Assembly (NCBI RefSeq): GCF_009914755.1
Contig: NC_060930.1
DNA: 64,000 nucleotides
Source of the DNA: the human T2T-CHM13v2.0 reference genome, Homo sapiens
Direction: 5' to 3' (one strand)
Shown: in pieces, positions 44,830 through 60,713 of the stretch
How positions within the stretch are numbered: the first letter of the stretch is position 1
Layout: the number at the start of each line of letters is the position of its first letter
Program-made: the position numbers and the translations under genes
The notes under the pieces: generated by a model
Told to the model about the DNA's origin: nothing
Seen by the model: the letters and a program-made list of their open reading frames with translations, nothing else
Databases searched by the model: none

Positions 44830-47800
44830 TCTGCACCCCAATTCTTGTGTTCCCTGTCCTTGAACACAAGAGTTTAGCTTGGCGAGCAACACAGATTCCC
44901 CCCCAGGGAACAAGAGGTGATTACAAGGATCTGAAGACACCTTGTGATATTTCCACCTGGTCTGACATCAGAAATAAATGGCAAAAAATGGGTGTAGCCG
45001 CTGCACTCACGCTGGGTATCCTGCCTTCTATCTGATTTTTCTTTGGTTATCTTTCTTCTTGCCATTTTCCTTCTGCTTTGTCACCTTCTACACATAAAAA
45101 AGCACTGAGAGTTAACAGGCTTTTCATGGCCAAAGAAGAGCACAAGGATTTAGCATGGGAGAAGCATCAGTTCATGATGAAGAGCCATGGAATTAGGAGG
45201 AAGGCTTGAGTGCCAGGCCCAGCACCTGGGGCAAGCCAGCTAATTCCTGTGGGCTTTTGTTGTTTTTACTATAAAATGATGAGGTTGGACTAAATTATCT
45301 CTAAAGGGTCTGTTCCAAATTTCTGTAGCTTCATGTTAACAGACTTTAAAAACAGACCACACAACAAACTATTCTATACTATCTTTGAAAGATCAGTACC
45401 CACATGGTAATTCATTAGAAGGTGTATTAACTTTTCTGTCTTCTACTACTCTCTAAAGTCATGGCCAGTCAAGCAGGATCCATGCAGGCTGATCAGAAGT
45501 CCTAAGAAGCAAGACACAAAGTCTGAATCCAAAGTGCGTTGGAGGTCGGGGGAGGAAGCTGGCATGCACTCTTGAGACCTGGGGTGGAGAGGGAAGGGCC
45601 AGCTTAGCACAGTGCTCTTTTTGCTGCCCTTCTTTCTACCCCAGGAGGGAACCAAGGAACTACCTCCTGTGGCTTGAGGGTACAGAAAGGAAACTGGTGC
45701 TTCTTGATGAAATGTTTGTGGGACAACCGCGAATAAGAAAAATAAGGACAACGCAGTAAGGTTTTCATGAAGATAAATTCGTGCAATGTAAAAGATCCTC
45801 TTTTTTAAAACAGCAGCCTCTCTTGGCAAAATTAAAAACGTACTAACATATGACTGTCTTCATCAGAGATATTTTTGGAAATGTTACCATTTTATGAATC
45901 TTAAATCTGGAACCTACCATCACTGTTTTTTCCAGCGACTATTTTGGTTTATGGTGTCCAGAGACATCCTGGGTTGGTTTTGCTTTTGTCTGTTTTAAAA
46001 TAGGATGGCTGGTGTGTGTGCACTTGTGGAGGTGTGGATGACTGCATTCATGAATGTCTATCTTGGCAGGGGTGGGGAAAATCAAGGTAGCTCTCTGGAG
46101 AAGAGGAGGACAAATCCTCTCTTGTAATTCTGCAGGCGCCTCAATCCCAAAGATGAGAACGGGTTGAAGGGGTCTTGTTAACTCAGCAGAAGGGACTCTT
46201 GGACACAGGCTTCCTTTTTAAGAAGGGATCCAGGTGGGATTGCCTTGACTCTTTAAACTAGTTAACCTAACGTTCCATTTGCCCTCTCCCCACCCATAAA
46301 TGGGGCAGGGGAATCCATGTATAAAACACCTGTTGTCTTTGGAGTTTAGTTAAAGAACTCAAACCTCAGTATTGGGTGGTGAACTTTTTTCACTCCTGAA
46401 GCATAAACCAGGTATACACACAAGAAGCTGCTCACTCGGTGCCACTCCACTTGACCTAGGCCCACCATTCCTCTTCCACCTGTTGAGGTTCCCTGTAGGA
46501 GCTCTGTCATGCTTCAATGCAACACTCCCTCCACTGCTACTCACACCTACCACACTTCCACTGGGGCCGCTGTGCCCCTCAAACCACTGAATTCCATATT
46601 TCCATATTTAAAACCCTCCAGTGAGTCATCATTGCCTTCAGAATGAAACCCTGAATCCTAGGTGCAGTGTCCAGGTATTTAGTCTTCCACAACGTGGTCC
46701 CAAGCTTATCTTTCACTTCTCCCCTACGTGCACACAAATTGGACCTCTTCCCATTCTCCAAACATGCCCTTCCTTAACCGCTACACAGTAGCCAAGGGGA
46801 AAGAGCATGGGTTTGGGCATTAGCCCATTAAACCCTAGCTTTTTCACGTTTTGCTAGGTGACCTTAGCTAAGGTATTCCAACATTTTAAACTTCAGTTTT
46901 CTCAGTCCTCAAATGGGATAAACATAAGGCTCCCACCATGAAGTACATAATGCCTGTCTCACCCAATGTGGTTCATAGGATTAAACATAAGTGTTGGCAG
47001 TGACCACTGTTTTATTCTTTTCAACTAGAATGCCCTCTGCACCTATGTACCCCCATCTCCAGCTCTCAAAATCCTATCTATCCTTCAAAGTTCAGTTAAA
47101 ATTCTATTTTCTTCATGATTACTCCCTTGAGCACTAGAGCCTGAGGTCTATTCTCCTTCCTCTACCCTCACCTTGCAGTGACCTGTAGCTGTTTGCTCAC
47201 ATGCTCCCTTTGTTAATGGGCCTGTTGTGTGCTCTTCTGTAAGATTTCGAAGGGTGGTGACTGTGGCTCCTGCATCTGCATCAACATATTCCAGCACAGG
47301 GATTAGCGTACCAGAGATGTCAAACAAATATTTGCTAAACAAATGACAAAGAGTTCAAGACTGCCAATTCTTTCCCCTAAATCTAGGCCTAATGTTTCAT
47401 GTGCAGCAATAAAGAGAGCTTCATAGTATTTTAAACGAGGCTTGACTTTGTGATCATATTCATCTGAACTCTGTTCACAAGATGAAAACTCTTCATCATC
47501 AATTTCATAATGGGGTCATGGAAATTCTCAAATCTCCCTGGCTTCAGAAAGGATAGAATAATTTAACAAACCAAGACCAAGGACCTGAGTTGAAGCTTAT
47601 TCACCTAAGACCCTCATCAAACCTCCATAAAATGGGCTAGCAGTAGAGGGCTCTACTCCCTCCATCCCCCTCAGAGGATAGCAATGTGTCCATGGGTAGT
47701 GGACTACAGAGGTGCTCAAAGCAAAGGACTGACCCCTGTAGCCCCACTAGGAGCACATCACAGGAGACAATCCTCAAGTCAAAGTCACATCAGCCACCTT

Positions 47801-48315
47801 TCCCTTTGGGACTGAGGCCTAGCTTCTTTCCAAAGAGCTGTTTTGGTCAATTTCCCAGAAATTCTTCAAGTTGCGTGTTAAGTAGACACCACAGGGTGAG
47901 AGGACCCAGTAGGCTGGAGAAGGTGAAGTACTGAAAATAGGGGCAGGTGTCTGTCTACCTTGGGCTTCTGAGAATCAGATCGAAAGAGGACAGGACTATA
48001 CTATAATGAAAAAGCAGGCCATCACAAACAGCTAACCACTACCTAACGAAATTTTCCATACCACTGCCAACTCCAAGAACCACCCAGGGGCATTATTTGC
48101 AGGCTTTTTTCTGAGGAACTGAGATACAAACAGTACCACTGCAAAGCTTTATACACTTCCTCCTTCCTTGGAGTAAAGCAAACTTTAATTAGGCCAAGAG
48201 GATGTGCAGAGCTATAATTAAAACCTAGCTACAAGCTCTTTTCTCCATATGAGATAAAGTCAATAACCCTGATGGTTTCATGCACCTTTTCAATGAAAGA
48301 AAAAAATGTAGGTGA

Positions 48316-48652
<337 letters not shown>

Positions 48653-51299
48653 AGGAGTGAATCATTTTTAACGGTGAGTTGACTTTTCCCATCTAATAAC
48701 ACATTTAACCACAAACAACTTGTAACCTTTAGCATAATAACCATTTCCATGGCACTTTCTGGAATGCTACTGAAACATCTCAGGAAACAAGGTCACTGGA
48801 AACACTTAAAGAAAAAGGAGGAAAACATCATCTTGGGTGGCCCTTATCAGCCATTAACATCAGCATCCCAAGATGTCAGAGCAACAAGATAACCCCTTTC
48901 CAAAGAAGACTGGCTGCTTCTGGTGATAAGAGCTTGATGAAGCTGCATGTTTACTACCTCCTATGCAGAAATGGGGTAAAAAGTAATGAAAAATAGACTA
49001 TCCATACTCAAGTTCAACTACATCACAGGACCTAAGGTGCTTTTCTAAGCAAAATCTCCAAGAATACGTAGGGTTGACCCTCTTCATAGCTTTGTTTCTG
49101 TGTGAGTCCTCAACTGTGTATTTTTTAGATCTGGTACAAGCTCGTATTTTTAATGAGAAAACAGGGAATGAGAAGTGATAAGGATGGCCCAGGTCTTGGT
49201 ACCACTGGGATTAGCACAAAGGAATCCTGACTCTCAGTCCAAATGCACCTCAAACAGCAGTTCCAAGCATCTTTGCCCTTCTTCATCTGTTTTTGAATTC
49301 TTAGTAAGAACATGGTAGGGATACTCTGTCCATGAAGAATTCTGTGGAAAAGCAGACCTTTAACTGCATCTTTTTCTTCCGCAGATGTTTGGTTTAAAAT
49401 TAACCATGAACTACTCAAAATTGAAAGTACCTATTTCCTCTAGGGTTTAGTTGGCCAATTTTCGCAGTGCTATTAGGGAGTGCCAGGTCAAAGCATGTGG
49501 TTTTTACATTTCAAATCTTTCATGTCCAGAGCATAAGGATGCCCATTAAGATAATTTCACACCCATGACCTCCACAGGTGTTTTTTTTTTTTCCTTCTCC
49601 TTGTGAACAGGAATACCCCTGGGTTATAGCTGAACGTAACACTCTTGGCTAAGTTAAAAAAGACAGGTTCTGTACACTTGAGAAGTCTTTAAAACAAAAC
49701 ACAAAGAAACAGCCTGTCCTCAATCCAAACTGAAACAGGTATGTCTGGCATTTTCCCTGAATCCTCAAGCCCTGCCCTCTTATGCTAGCAGTTCTCCCTG
49801 TTCAGGCCTCCCAGAACTTTCCCTCTGTAGAAAGCAGATGGTAAGAGTGCAATAAGCATTAGATTAGTTAGCCCAATACCTGACATAAGGTAGGCACTAT
49901 CTGTCTTTGCTATGATCTTAGGCAAATGTTAAGTACTTTTGCTTCCAACTAGGGCTAAGGTGGTGCTGGATGTCCCAGCCAAAGTATAATTTGTGTCATT
50001 TAAAGGAAGGTCTCCAGCCTACCCACTGACGCCTGCTTTGCAGAGTTAAGTCCACTTTAGTTGAGGATCTGTAGAGTGATGTGCTCCTAGCTACACCAGC
50101 TGCAGAGCCAAGCTCTCCAGGTGTTGCAGGGGCAAGTTTAGAGGAGTGAGGCCTGGCTCTGGACAAGCCAGAAGGCTTCCTCTCTGTAGAAAGTATTCCC
50201 TTCCCCTCCCCTGGGTGTGGGTGAGGAATGAAGGATGTTTGAGCTGCATCCTTCTCTCCATTCTCCCTACCGTGAGGCATTCTCTCAGGGCAGTGTCAGA
50301 TACACTAGGGACAACTAACTGTTTCCTTTCAGGCCCTGAGAGAAGTTTCTTTCTCAGCAAGGAATTTTAGTTGTAAGGAAACTAAGAGTGAAAAGTATTC
50401 TAGGCAATGATCAGGCATTTCTTGTAAGTACTAATTTCACCAGATGTTTCAACTGCTCTATACCTCTGCTAAATGGGAAAAAGAACAGCAAATAGCCTTT
50501 TCAAAGTATTTTGGTAAACAAAGTTATTTTTCAAATAAAATTCAATAATCAATTGCCAGGTTGCTTAAGTGTTTTTCCAAATCCTATTTTCCCACAATAA
50601 CGTATCTATTTTAGGAAAGCCTGAAGGGAAAGAAAAACAACCAGTTTAGAATATTATGTTTCCAAAGCAACTGCTCTGTGGTTCCATCAGATGGCCTTCA
50701 AACCCAGAGCCTGGGGAGATGCTTTCACAGCCCACAATTACAGAGGTTAGAAAGCACAAACAAAGCATTCAGTCACCAAATGCTCAACTTCTTTCATCTT
50801 TCCAATAAAAAAGCATCACAAATTTTCAAAACAAATTCAAAGGAAAAAAAACTGACTTCTGGTTCTAGCAACGTGGCAAACTGAACAAAAGCAGAACCAA
50901 CTCTCTCACTATAAACACAGGTAGGAAAGTGGTATAAAACACAGCAAAAACTCCAACACAATCAATTCTTACCTATAATGCGAGGGAGGTCCCCACAACA
51001 AATTATTCTTTAGAAAAAGAGAAATCAGCTTAAATTCAACTCCTTCCAAAATCTTTATGTGGAAAAGGCATGTTTACCTGAGATGACCCCCAACAATACT
51101 AGTTTGGGATGCTTACACAGAACACTAGGCAAACCTTTACTTCTGTTTTAGGAGGTAAAGAAATTTAACACAGACAATAATTATCCCAGAGGCATTACCT
51201 CACAGATATATCTGTAAGCAAGCTTTTAATAGAATACTTAAAAAGGCAACACAGCAAATGGTTAAATTTGGAGATCACTGTCATCTAATCTATATCACT

Positions 51300-52140
<841 letters not shown>

Positions 52141-52362
52141 CTAAGGTCCCTGGTATTGTTTAGGAGAATAGAAATACTGACTCAACTGAAACTGTCGTAA
52201 GTTAAAAATGCATGGTAAACATCTATGGGTAACCACTCAACAGAATGAATAACTTTTGAATAAGTACAATAAAAAATAATGGTTACAAAAATTCTACAAA
52301 GCAGTAAAGGAGAAAAGAAGGCCAAAGAAAACATATATACACAAAAAAGGTGACAGAAAGTA

Positions 52363-53849
52363 CAGGCATACCTCATCTTTGCTTTATTGCACTTTGTATA
52401 TATTACAGGTTTTCTTAACTGAGGTCTGTGGCAACTCTGCATTAAGCAACTCTATTGGTACCATTTTTACAACAGCACGTGTTCACTATGTGTTACTGTG
52501 TCACATTTTTGTAATTCTCACAATTATAAAATATTTCTCAAAATATTTCAAATTTTTTCACTATTATTATATCTGTTGTGGCGATCTGTGTGTGGTTACT
52601 GAACTTTGATGTTACCATTGTAATTGTTTTGAGGTGCCATGAACCACACCTATATAAGACAGCAAACTCAACAAATATTGTCTGTATTTTAGCTGCTCCA
52701 CAGACTTGCTGTTCCCCCTAACCATCTCTTTCTTCTCTGGCCTCCTTATTTCCTGAGATACAACAATATTGAAATTGGGTTAATAATCCTACAATGGCCT
52801 CTAAGTGCTGAAGTGAAAGGAAGAGTAGCATGTCTCTCACTTTACATCAAAAGCTAGAAATGATTAAGCTTAGTGAGGAAGGCAGGTGGAAAGCTGAGAC
52901 AGGACGAAAGCTGGGCCTCTCGTACCAGGTTAGCCACGTTGTGAATGCAAAGGAAAAGTTACTGAAGGAAATTAAAAGTGCTACTCGTATGAACATAAAA
53001 ATGATGAGAAAGCATTAGTAGCCTTATTGCTGAAAGTTTGAGTGGTCTAGGTAGAAGATCAAACCAGCCATAACATTCCCTTAAGCCAAAATCTAATCCA
53101 GAGCAAGCCACTAACTCACTTCAATTCTGTGAAGCCTGGGAGAGGTGATGAAGCTGCAGAAGAAAAGCTTGAAAATAGCAGAGGATAGCTCATAAGGTTT
53201 AAGGGAAGAAGTCATCTCCATAACACAAAAGGGCAAGGTGTAGCAGCAAGTGCTGCTATAGAAGCTGCAGCCAGTTATCTGGAAGATTTAACTAAGATCA
53301 CTGACGAACATGGCTACACTAAACTGTAGCACATACCACTGCACCTGGGAGCATTTTTATTTTTAATTTATCTTTTTTTTCTTATAAATAGGGTTTTACT
53401 CTGTCACCCAGGCTGGAGTGCAGTGGTGTGGTCATAGCTCACCGGAACCTTGAGCTCCTGGGCACAAGCCATCCTCCCACCTCGGCCTCCCAAGTAGCTA
53501 GGACAACAAGCTCGAGCCATGCCAGGCTAGTTATAAAATTTTTTGTAGAGAGAGGATCTTGCTATGTTGCCCAGGCTGGTCTCAAACTCCTGGCCTCAAG
53601 CAATTCTCCCACCTCGGCCTCTCAAAGTGCTAGGATTACAGATGTACACCATTGTGCCTGGCCAGCATTTTTAAATTTAGGTATGTCTACTGTTTTTTTT
53701 TAAGATTTAATGCGATTGCACACTTAATAGACCATAATGTAAACATAACTTTTATATGCACTGCGAAACCAAAAATGGTATGACTTACTTTATTGCAATA
53801 CTCATTTTATTGCAGTGATCTGCAACTAATGCTGCAATATCTGAGGTAT
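52363..53849 (+). mobile_element. Tigger1 (TcMar-Tigger), internally deleted, dead transposase 5' part
   Basis: TA|CAGGCATACCTC left end; MASKC* then [17 protein letters not shown]... (ORF 52830..53018); right end ...ttttattgcagtgatctgcaac...ctgaggtat. Confidence 0.92.
53365..53664 (-). mobile_element. AluJ inside Tigger1
   Basis: TSD agcattttta. Confidence 0.85.
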
Positions 53850-54037
53850 AAAATAACTATTAACATGCTAAATGAAAATGAATTAAATTTCCCCATTAAA
53901 GACAAGAGACTGTCGGATTCAGTCATTAAACCCCTATGCATTTATCTGGTCAAAAAACTTACCATATTTGCATAAGGAGATATGTCTAAGAAGATTCTTG
54001 GCACACTGTTAATTGAACAACTTGCATAAACCCACAT

Positions 54038-54345
54038 AGCTGGGCACAGTGGCTCACACCTGTAATCCTAGCACTTTGGGAGGCTGATGTGGGAGGATCA
54101 CTTTGAGTCCAGGAGTTTGAGATCAGTCCAGGCAACACCGTGAGACAATGTTTCTACCAAAAATAAAAAAATTAGCCAGGCATGGTGGCACATGCCTGTA
54201 GTCCCAGCTACTCAGGAGGCTGAGGTGGGAGGATCGCTTAAGGCCAGGAGTTCTAGGCTGCAGTGGGTGAGGTATGATTGTGCCACTGAACTCCAGCCGG
54301 GGTAACAGAGCCGGACTCTGTCTCAAAAAACAACAACAAAAAACA
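54038..54345 (+). mobile_element. AluJ
   Basis: Diverged dimer. Confidence 0.85.
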
Positions 54346-55619
54346 ATCTAACAACATACATATCCATCCAAAGAAACACTTATAAAATGGTGTAATAAAT
54401 TCCAACACTGAAATAATACAAAGCAGATAAAATGAATTTCTAATTAACTATAATTAACATAATTATAATTAATGAATTACATCTATACGACTCAAGATGA
54501 ATTGGTCAAAAATATACTGACTGAAAAAAATCTATTTGAAAAAGAGTTTAATTAGTATACCATTCACGTATGGTTTTTAAAAACTATCTTAGAACGTACT
54601 ATGTGTTGTCATGTATACATATATATGTAGTAAAAATACATCCAGAGAAAAACTGTACAAATTTCCGAAGAAGTCTGGAAAGGGACTGTACTTTAGATGC
54701 ATTTTTGTAATGTTTTCTTATTTAAACAAACAAACAAAAATCAAGCATTTGTTAGGTGCACAGATATCATCTATATAATTTTATTTTAAATATTTTCAAA
54801 TAGTTCCAAAATTACAATTTAAAATAAAAATTGAAAAGGGGAAGAAAGATAAGTTTGGATTTATGCCAAGCCAGATGCATCCATCCAGCTTTTTCAAAAT
54901 TACAAATTTTTTTCTTTCAAAATTACATTTTAAATGTTCTGAATATTTTAAAGCGCATTCTCTCACACTATTCACAACATATAGTTCTAACTGCAAGGGA
55001 GGAAACATACACAGATACTCAAAAAATAATCTTGTCTGTAACCCATGATTTATCTTTGACTACTAAATAACTTGAAAATGTGGTTCCGACATTTGCTTAT
55101 TTTTGTATTCTAATACTCAGGATCCATTTGGTGGAGTAATCAGGTATAGTAACAGTGGGATGAAGAAGGTGGGGAAAACATTGTTTCATTCTAGCCTAAG
55201 CCAGTGAGTGTCAGTGGGGCAAGGATGGGATGCTAAGGGGCACATCATGAGAGTACTTTGAAAGGAATGCATCATAGTCCGTGGGAACAATGGGATAGCC
55301 AAAGAGGCTGGGAGAAAAAAAAATTCACTCTCTAGAGTTGAGTCCTCTTCCTTAGTACGCTCATGGCTTCACAGAGGAATTGGATCCTTCCACACAGTCC
55401 TCAAAAGTGAGAGGGAGACTGCCAGGCAGAAGTGGGAGTTTTAAGGGGTAGAGCCCAGAAGAATGAAAGAGCCTGGTGTTGCTGGGGTTTGAGTAGAGCT
55501 CAGCATAACAGATCGGCTAAGAAAGGCCGGAGTGCCTCCTTCTGAGGAAAGGAGCCAGCCATCCTTTCAACACAGTGTTCCTGGGGAATTCAAAGCCATG
55601 TGCACTGCACAACACTGAC

Positions 55620-55700
55620 CCTGTTTTCTGGCAGCTGCTGCTGAGTCGAAGGATCAGTTCGTGAGGCACAGGCAGATCGACGGGGTTGCTCCCTTTTGGA
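55620..55700 (-). CDS. ELOVL5: ELOVL5 alternative in-frame cassette exon (81 nt), SKREQPRRSACASRTDPSTQQQLPENR; gives a 326-aa isoform
   Basis: tttgttacag|TCCAAAAGG...GAAAACAGG|gtcagt; 27 codons, no stop, phase 0/0 between exons 3 and 4. Matches the long isoform as I recall it. Confidence 0.85.
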
Positions 55701-56541
55701 CTGTAACAAACACAATTAGATCCTCTCTGCTTAGGGTCTAAGAGGTCTGAGGCACAGCAGGAGAAGAGTAGACACATTGAATGGCTTCACATGAGGACAG
55801 AGCATCTGCCTAAGAGGGAAACCACCTGTAACACTCTAACAAAGGAGTTAAAAGTGGCTTTGATAGCTCACTGGATGGGTCAGGGGAAACCTGATCCAAC
55901 CAGGTAGATAAGGCAGAGTGAGGGAAAGCCACCGTTTGGCACCATGTATGTAGAGGTTCTCAATTTTGGGACTGGAGACAAGAGAAAAGACACATGGATA
56001 GTGCAAAAAATCAGGCTTCTCTTCAGAGGACAAATGCCCTGAATCTCGGGTGGCTAAAAGGCGCACAAGATTTTTAAGTTTGCTGTAAGGGCATCGTTTT
56101 ACAAAGCTAAGTAACTAATGCAAACTAAGTTGTTTCTCTTCTATAACCTGGAATTTCATTTCCGAGCTTTCACCATGGACTGTGATATTAGACAACCCCT
56201 AATAAGCAAAAGCAAAAAGGATTGCTATAAAGTCCAATACTTTCAAATTAAAACATACCACTAATTCAAATATGCTCCAAATCAGGGATCTATGACCTTT
56301 TTCCTGGAAATAAACACTAAAGTTAATGAGATATAGAAGTAATACCTCTTCTCTCCTTTTAATTTTGTTTCTACCAAGTACACAAACTATGAGCAAGTCT
56401 ATATTCCTTCTACATTTTAAACTCGGTTTCACAGTTTTAAAACTGGGATTTAGTTATTTTCCTTCTAGTAAATTTAAAGTTTCAGTGACTTCCTTTCATT
56501 TCCTTCTGATCATCTCCCTTCTTTCAAGACTTCTTCCTATT

Positions 56542-56827
56542 GGCCAGATGTAGTGGCTCATGTCTGTAATCTCAGCACTTTGGGAGGCAGAGGTGGGTGG
56601 ATTGCTTGAGCCTAAGAGTTCAAGACTAGCCTGGACAACATGATGAAACCTTGTCTTTACGAAAAATACAAAACTTAGCTAGACGTGGTGGCATGCTCCT
56701 GTAGTCCCAGCCACTTGGGAGGTTGAGGCGGGAGATCAGTTGAGCCCAGGAGGCGAGAAGCAGTGAGCACCACTGCACTCCAGCCTGGGCAACAGAGTGA
56801 GACTCTGTCTCAAACAAACAAAAAAAC
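56542..56827 (+). mobile_element. AluJ
   Basis: Flanking repeat cttcttcct. Confidence 0.85.
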
Positions 56828-57160
56828 CCCGCTTCTTCCTGTCTCCTTTAAGTGACAGTTAATTTTATTTTTATTAATCTAGAACTTGCTAAAGCAGCTG
56901 TGAATTTATGCCACAGAATTAAATAAACAAAAATACCAAAGACTACTTATTTAAAAAATTCTTTACAGCCCCAAATATGCAGATAAGCAGGAAGGTAAAT
57001 AAAAACTAAAATAATGACCATTACAGGTGTGTGACCACAGAAGAATGGCTCTAACTCCTGGGACATTTCTCTAAAATGAGGGGCCCCATGGGGCTTCATG
57101 ATCTCCTCAGTTCGTTCCATTGTAAAACTCCATGACTGCTCTTCTGTGTCTTAGCATTCA

Positions 57161-57503
<343 letters not shown>

Positions 57504-59533
57504 CTAAAATGATATTTGAAGTTTGAAAAAGGACACATGACAATGGAATTATTGATGGGTTTTACAATATGTACAGGAGAAAACTCGGACAAAAACCAAA
57601 TGTGAATACCATCAACTTGGAGCACTAGGGCTTATTTTCAACTTGGGTATATCTGACCTGGATAGCTTTTTGTAAACTTGATTTAATTTAAGGAAACATT
57701 GCCTCTTTGTCTATTACCTCTCTATGTACTCTAAACTGTGAGTTAAAAATGTAGTTTCCCTATTCTGTATATTTCTTAAATTTCTGTATTCAGTGCTTAG
57801 TCACTGCTCAAAGTCTTCTCTTCTCACCAAGCTATCAGAGGAAAATCTGTACCTTCTATTACAATGTGTTCAGAACCCCCCACATCCACTCAGATGCACA
57901 CAGCTGTACTTTATACAGTGTTTTTCTTCTCTTTACCAGGGAATCATCTGTTTAAGAGAGGATAAATAATGAAATTATAGCTATATTTCTAGGGCTTAAG
58001 AAACATTTAAGGCAAATGCTTAAGTTCTCTAAAAATCACATGAAATATTTTTCTCTATTAATATTGCCATGTATAATAATAAACTCTGTAAGAGTTCTCT
58101 TAAAGACATGGCTGTATTATCTATCAATTATGGAAAAGTAAGCAGTTCACTCAGAAACCTGACAGCTTGCTGTGGTTTTGTCCCTTGAACACAGAAATGT
58201 GCATAGTGCTGGGGCCAGGAGTCACTCCTGTGCACTTCCCCTGGCTCCAGTCCTGAACTCTCCATCTTGGAGTCTAATTAAACTGACTTCATTCTAGAAT
58301 AGGACAGAAAAAAAAGCAAAAAAAGGAGTTGTAAGCATTTCTTGGCATGTCAAGCATAAAAGTAATGCTAGGAACATCTACCATTCTATTCAGAATATCT
58401 GTACCTTGGCTTATGAAACATACATGGGAGAACAAGACACAGATATCCCACAGCTGCAACACCTCTGATAATCAAATATGCCTGCACACGCCCACACTCC
58501 TGCACACCACCACACGTAGACAGGGAGACACCATCATGGCCTGAGGCTGATGGAGAATTCATTTTGACCCCTGAACACTAATTTTAAGATTCATGTTTCT
58601 ATCTCTCCTCTTCCTCCCACCTCTACCTTCTTCTTTACTACTCCTTGAAGAACTAAAACCAAAATGAAACCCTGAAAACCTATACAGGAGTGCCTGTATA
58701 GGTTTTATCCAGGGCTTAATTCTCCAGAAGAGTTAGAAATAGGTTGGTGCTGTAAGAATGAAAAGTGGGTAGGCTTTCCTGGAAAAATGTACACAAACTG
58801 CTTACCACCAGAGGGAAGCTTTCCTCCCCCTTTTAGCTTTAAAGGCTATAGTGTTACCCCTTCAAAATAGGGAGAAGAGAAGGGTTGATTCTGATTTTTC
58901 TTTCATTTTTAAGCTATAACATTTGCCTTTGAGATCATCAAATGTGATTTTCAACATTGCAGTGATATAAAATAACTGGGCCTGAACTCAGACAGACAAT
59001 TCAAAACCTAAATGCAGATCTCACCAGTCACACTCCTCTTAGCTTTTAAAAAACAACTGAGATTTGACAAGTTATCCAATCAGAGAGGGTGATGTGCCAC
59101 AAAACATACCAAACACAAGTGCCACCCACTTCCTTCCTCCCCTACCTTCAAACAAGAAGCAGGCACTTATTAGATGCTTAATAATAAAATGCTTTCACAT
59201 GTGTTTTTCACATTTTGTTCATTTTCCACTCTGTATTTTGCTTGCATGAGAGTATTTCTGAAAATACTTTAATTTTGAATATCATACGAAACATAATAGA
59301 AGAATCAATAACAAAGGCTTCTATTTTAGATATTCTAGAAGGCATACTTGTACAAACAACTCTGACATTTTGAAAAATCGATTTTAAAACACACTCATAA
59401 CGCATTAAGATACTTGCTTGCCCAGTTGTCTCTACACCCCAAGCGGCCACCTTTCCTCATTTAGGAATACAATTTAGGACAGCAATATGAGTGCATTTAT
59501 GTGAAAGGAAGACTGTGTTAACCTTTGACTTAC

Positions 59534-59721
59534 CTCACAGAACATATACAGAGACAGCAGTGTGAGTCCAAGGTTATACACCACTAAAATCCCCCGGCAA
59601 GAGAATGGCTGTTTATTCCTCATGTATTTTGGTCCCAGCCATACAATTAGTAAATATATGACAGAGCAGATAAATGTGGGTATATAATTGTCCAGAAGAA
59701 ACCATCCTTTTACTCTAGTAT
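59534..59721 (-). CDS. ELOVL5: ELOVL5 exon 3 (188 nt), [13 protein letters not shown]...LSLYMFCE
   Basis: ttttcag|ATACTAGAG...TGTGAG|gtaagt. Contained in ORF 59474..59815; 58+188=246 nt keeps phase. Leu72 codon (CTC, 59564-59566) is wild type. Confidence 0.98.
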
Positions 59722-60253
59722 CTGAAAAATTAAAAAAAATTAATGATATATAAAAACATTCACAACTTTTCAAACGTTGAAAAAATTTCTCTAACCATGA
59801 TGATATAAAAGTCACCTGGTATTCATGTTCTTAATTCCAATAAAGCAATCAGGAGAGGAGGCATGGATTTTCAATACATATCAAACAAGGTGAAGCTCCT
59901 TGTTACATGCTCTGAATAACAATGTATTATTCATGATTTTTGCTCAGTAAAATAATAATACAAATATTCTTTCCAAAGAACTTAAGAAGAAAACAAGGAG
60001 AAGGCTACACTTCCCATTAATTGGATTTATTAACCAGGTATACCAGATTACACATAGGGTGATAAAACCCAAGAAATGGCAGTCATTGAACTCTGAAGTC
60101 CTCCATCTCAGCTGTGTGTCAGTCGGCAAGTGTGGCCAGCACATGCAGACTCAGAAAACGTGCTGCTTAGCCACGTTAGTGAAACTGGCACTAATTAGAA
60201 AGGCAGCCTTTGCTATGAGTGTAATGGTCAACAGCAGAGAGGACAATGATTTA

Positions 60254-60713
<460 letters not shown>

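Noticed and set aside
52830-53018. Transposase-like ORF (possible domesticated TIGD gene)
   Set aside because: Tigger1 fossil with a stop right after MASKC, later frameshifts and no DDE domain.
59474-59815. 113-aa ORF as a stand-alone gene
   Set aside because: ELOVL5 exon 3 plus flanking intron read-through.
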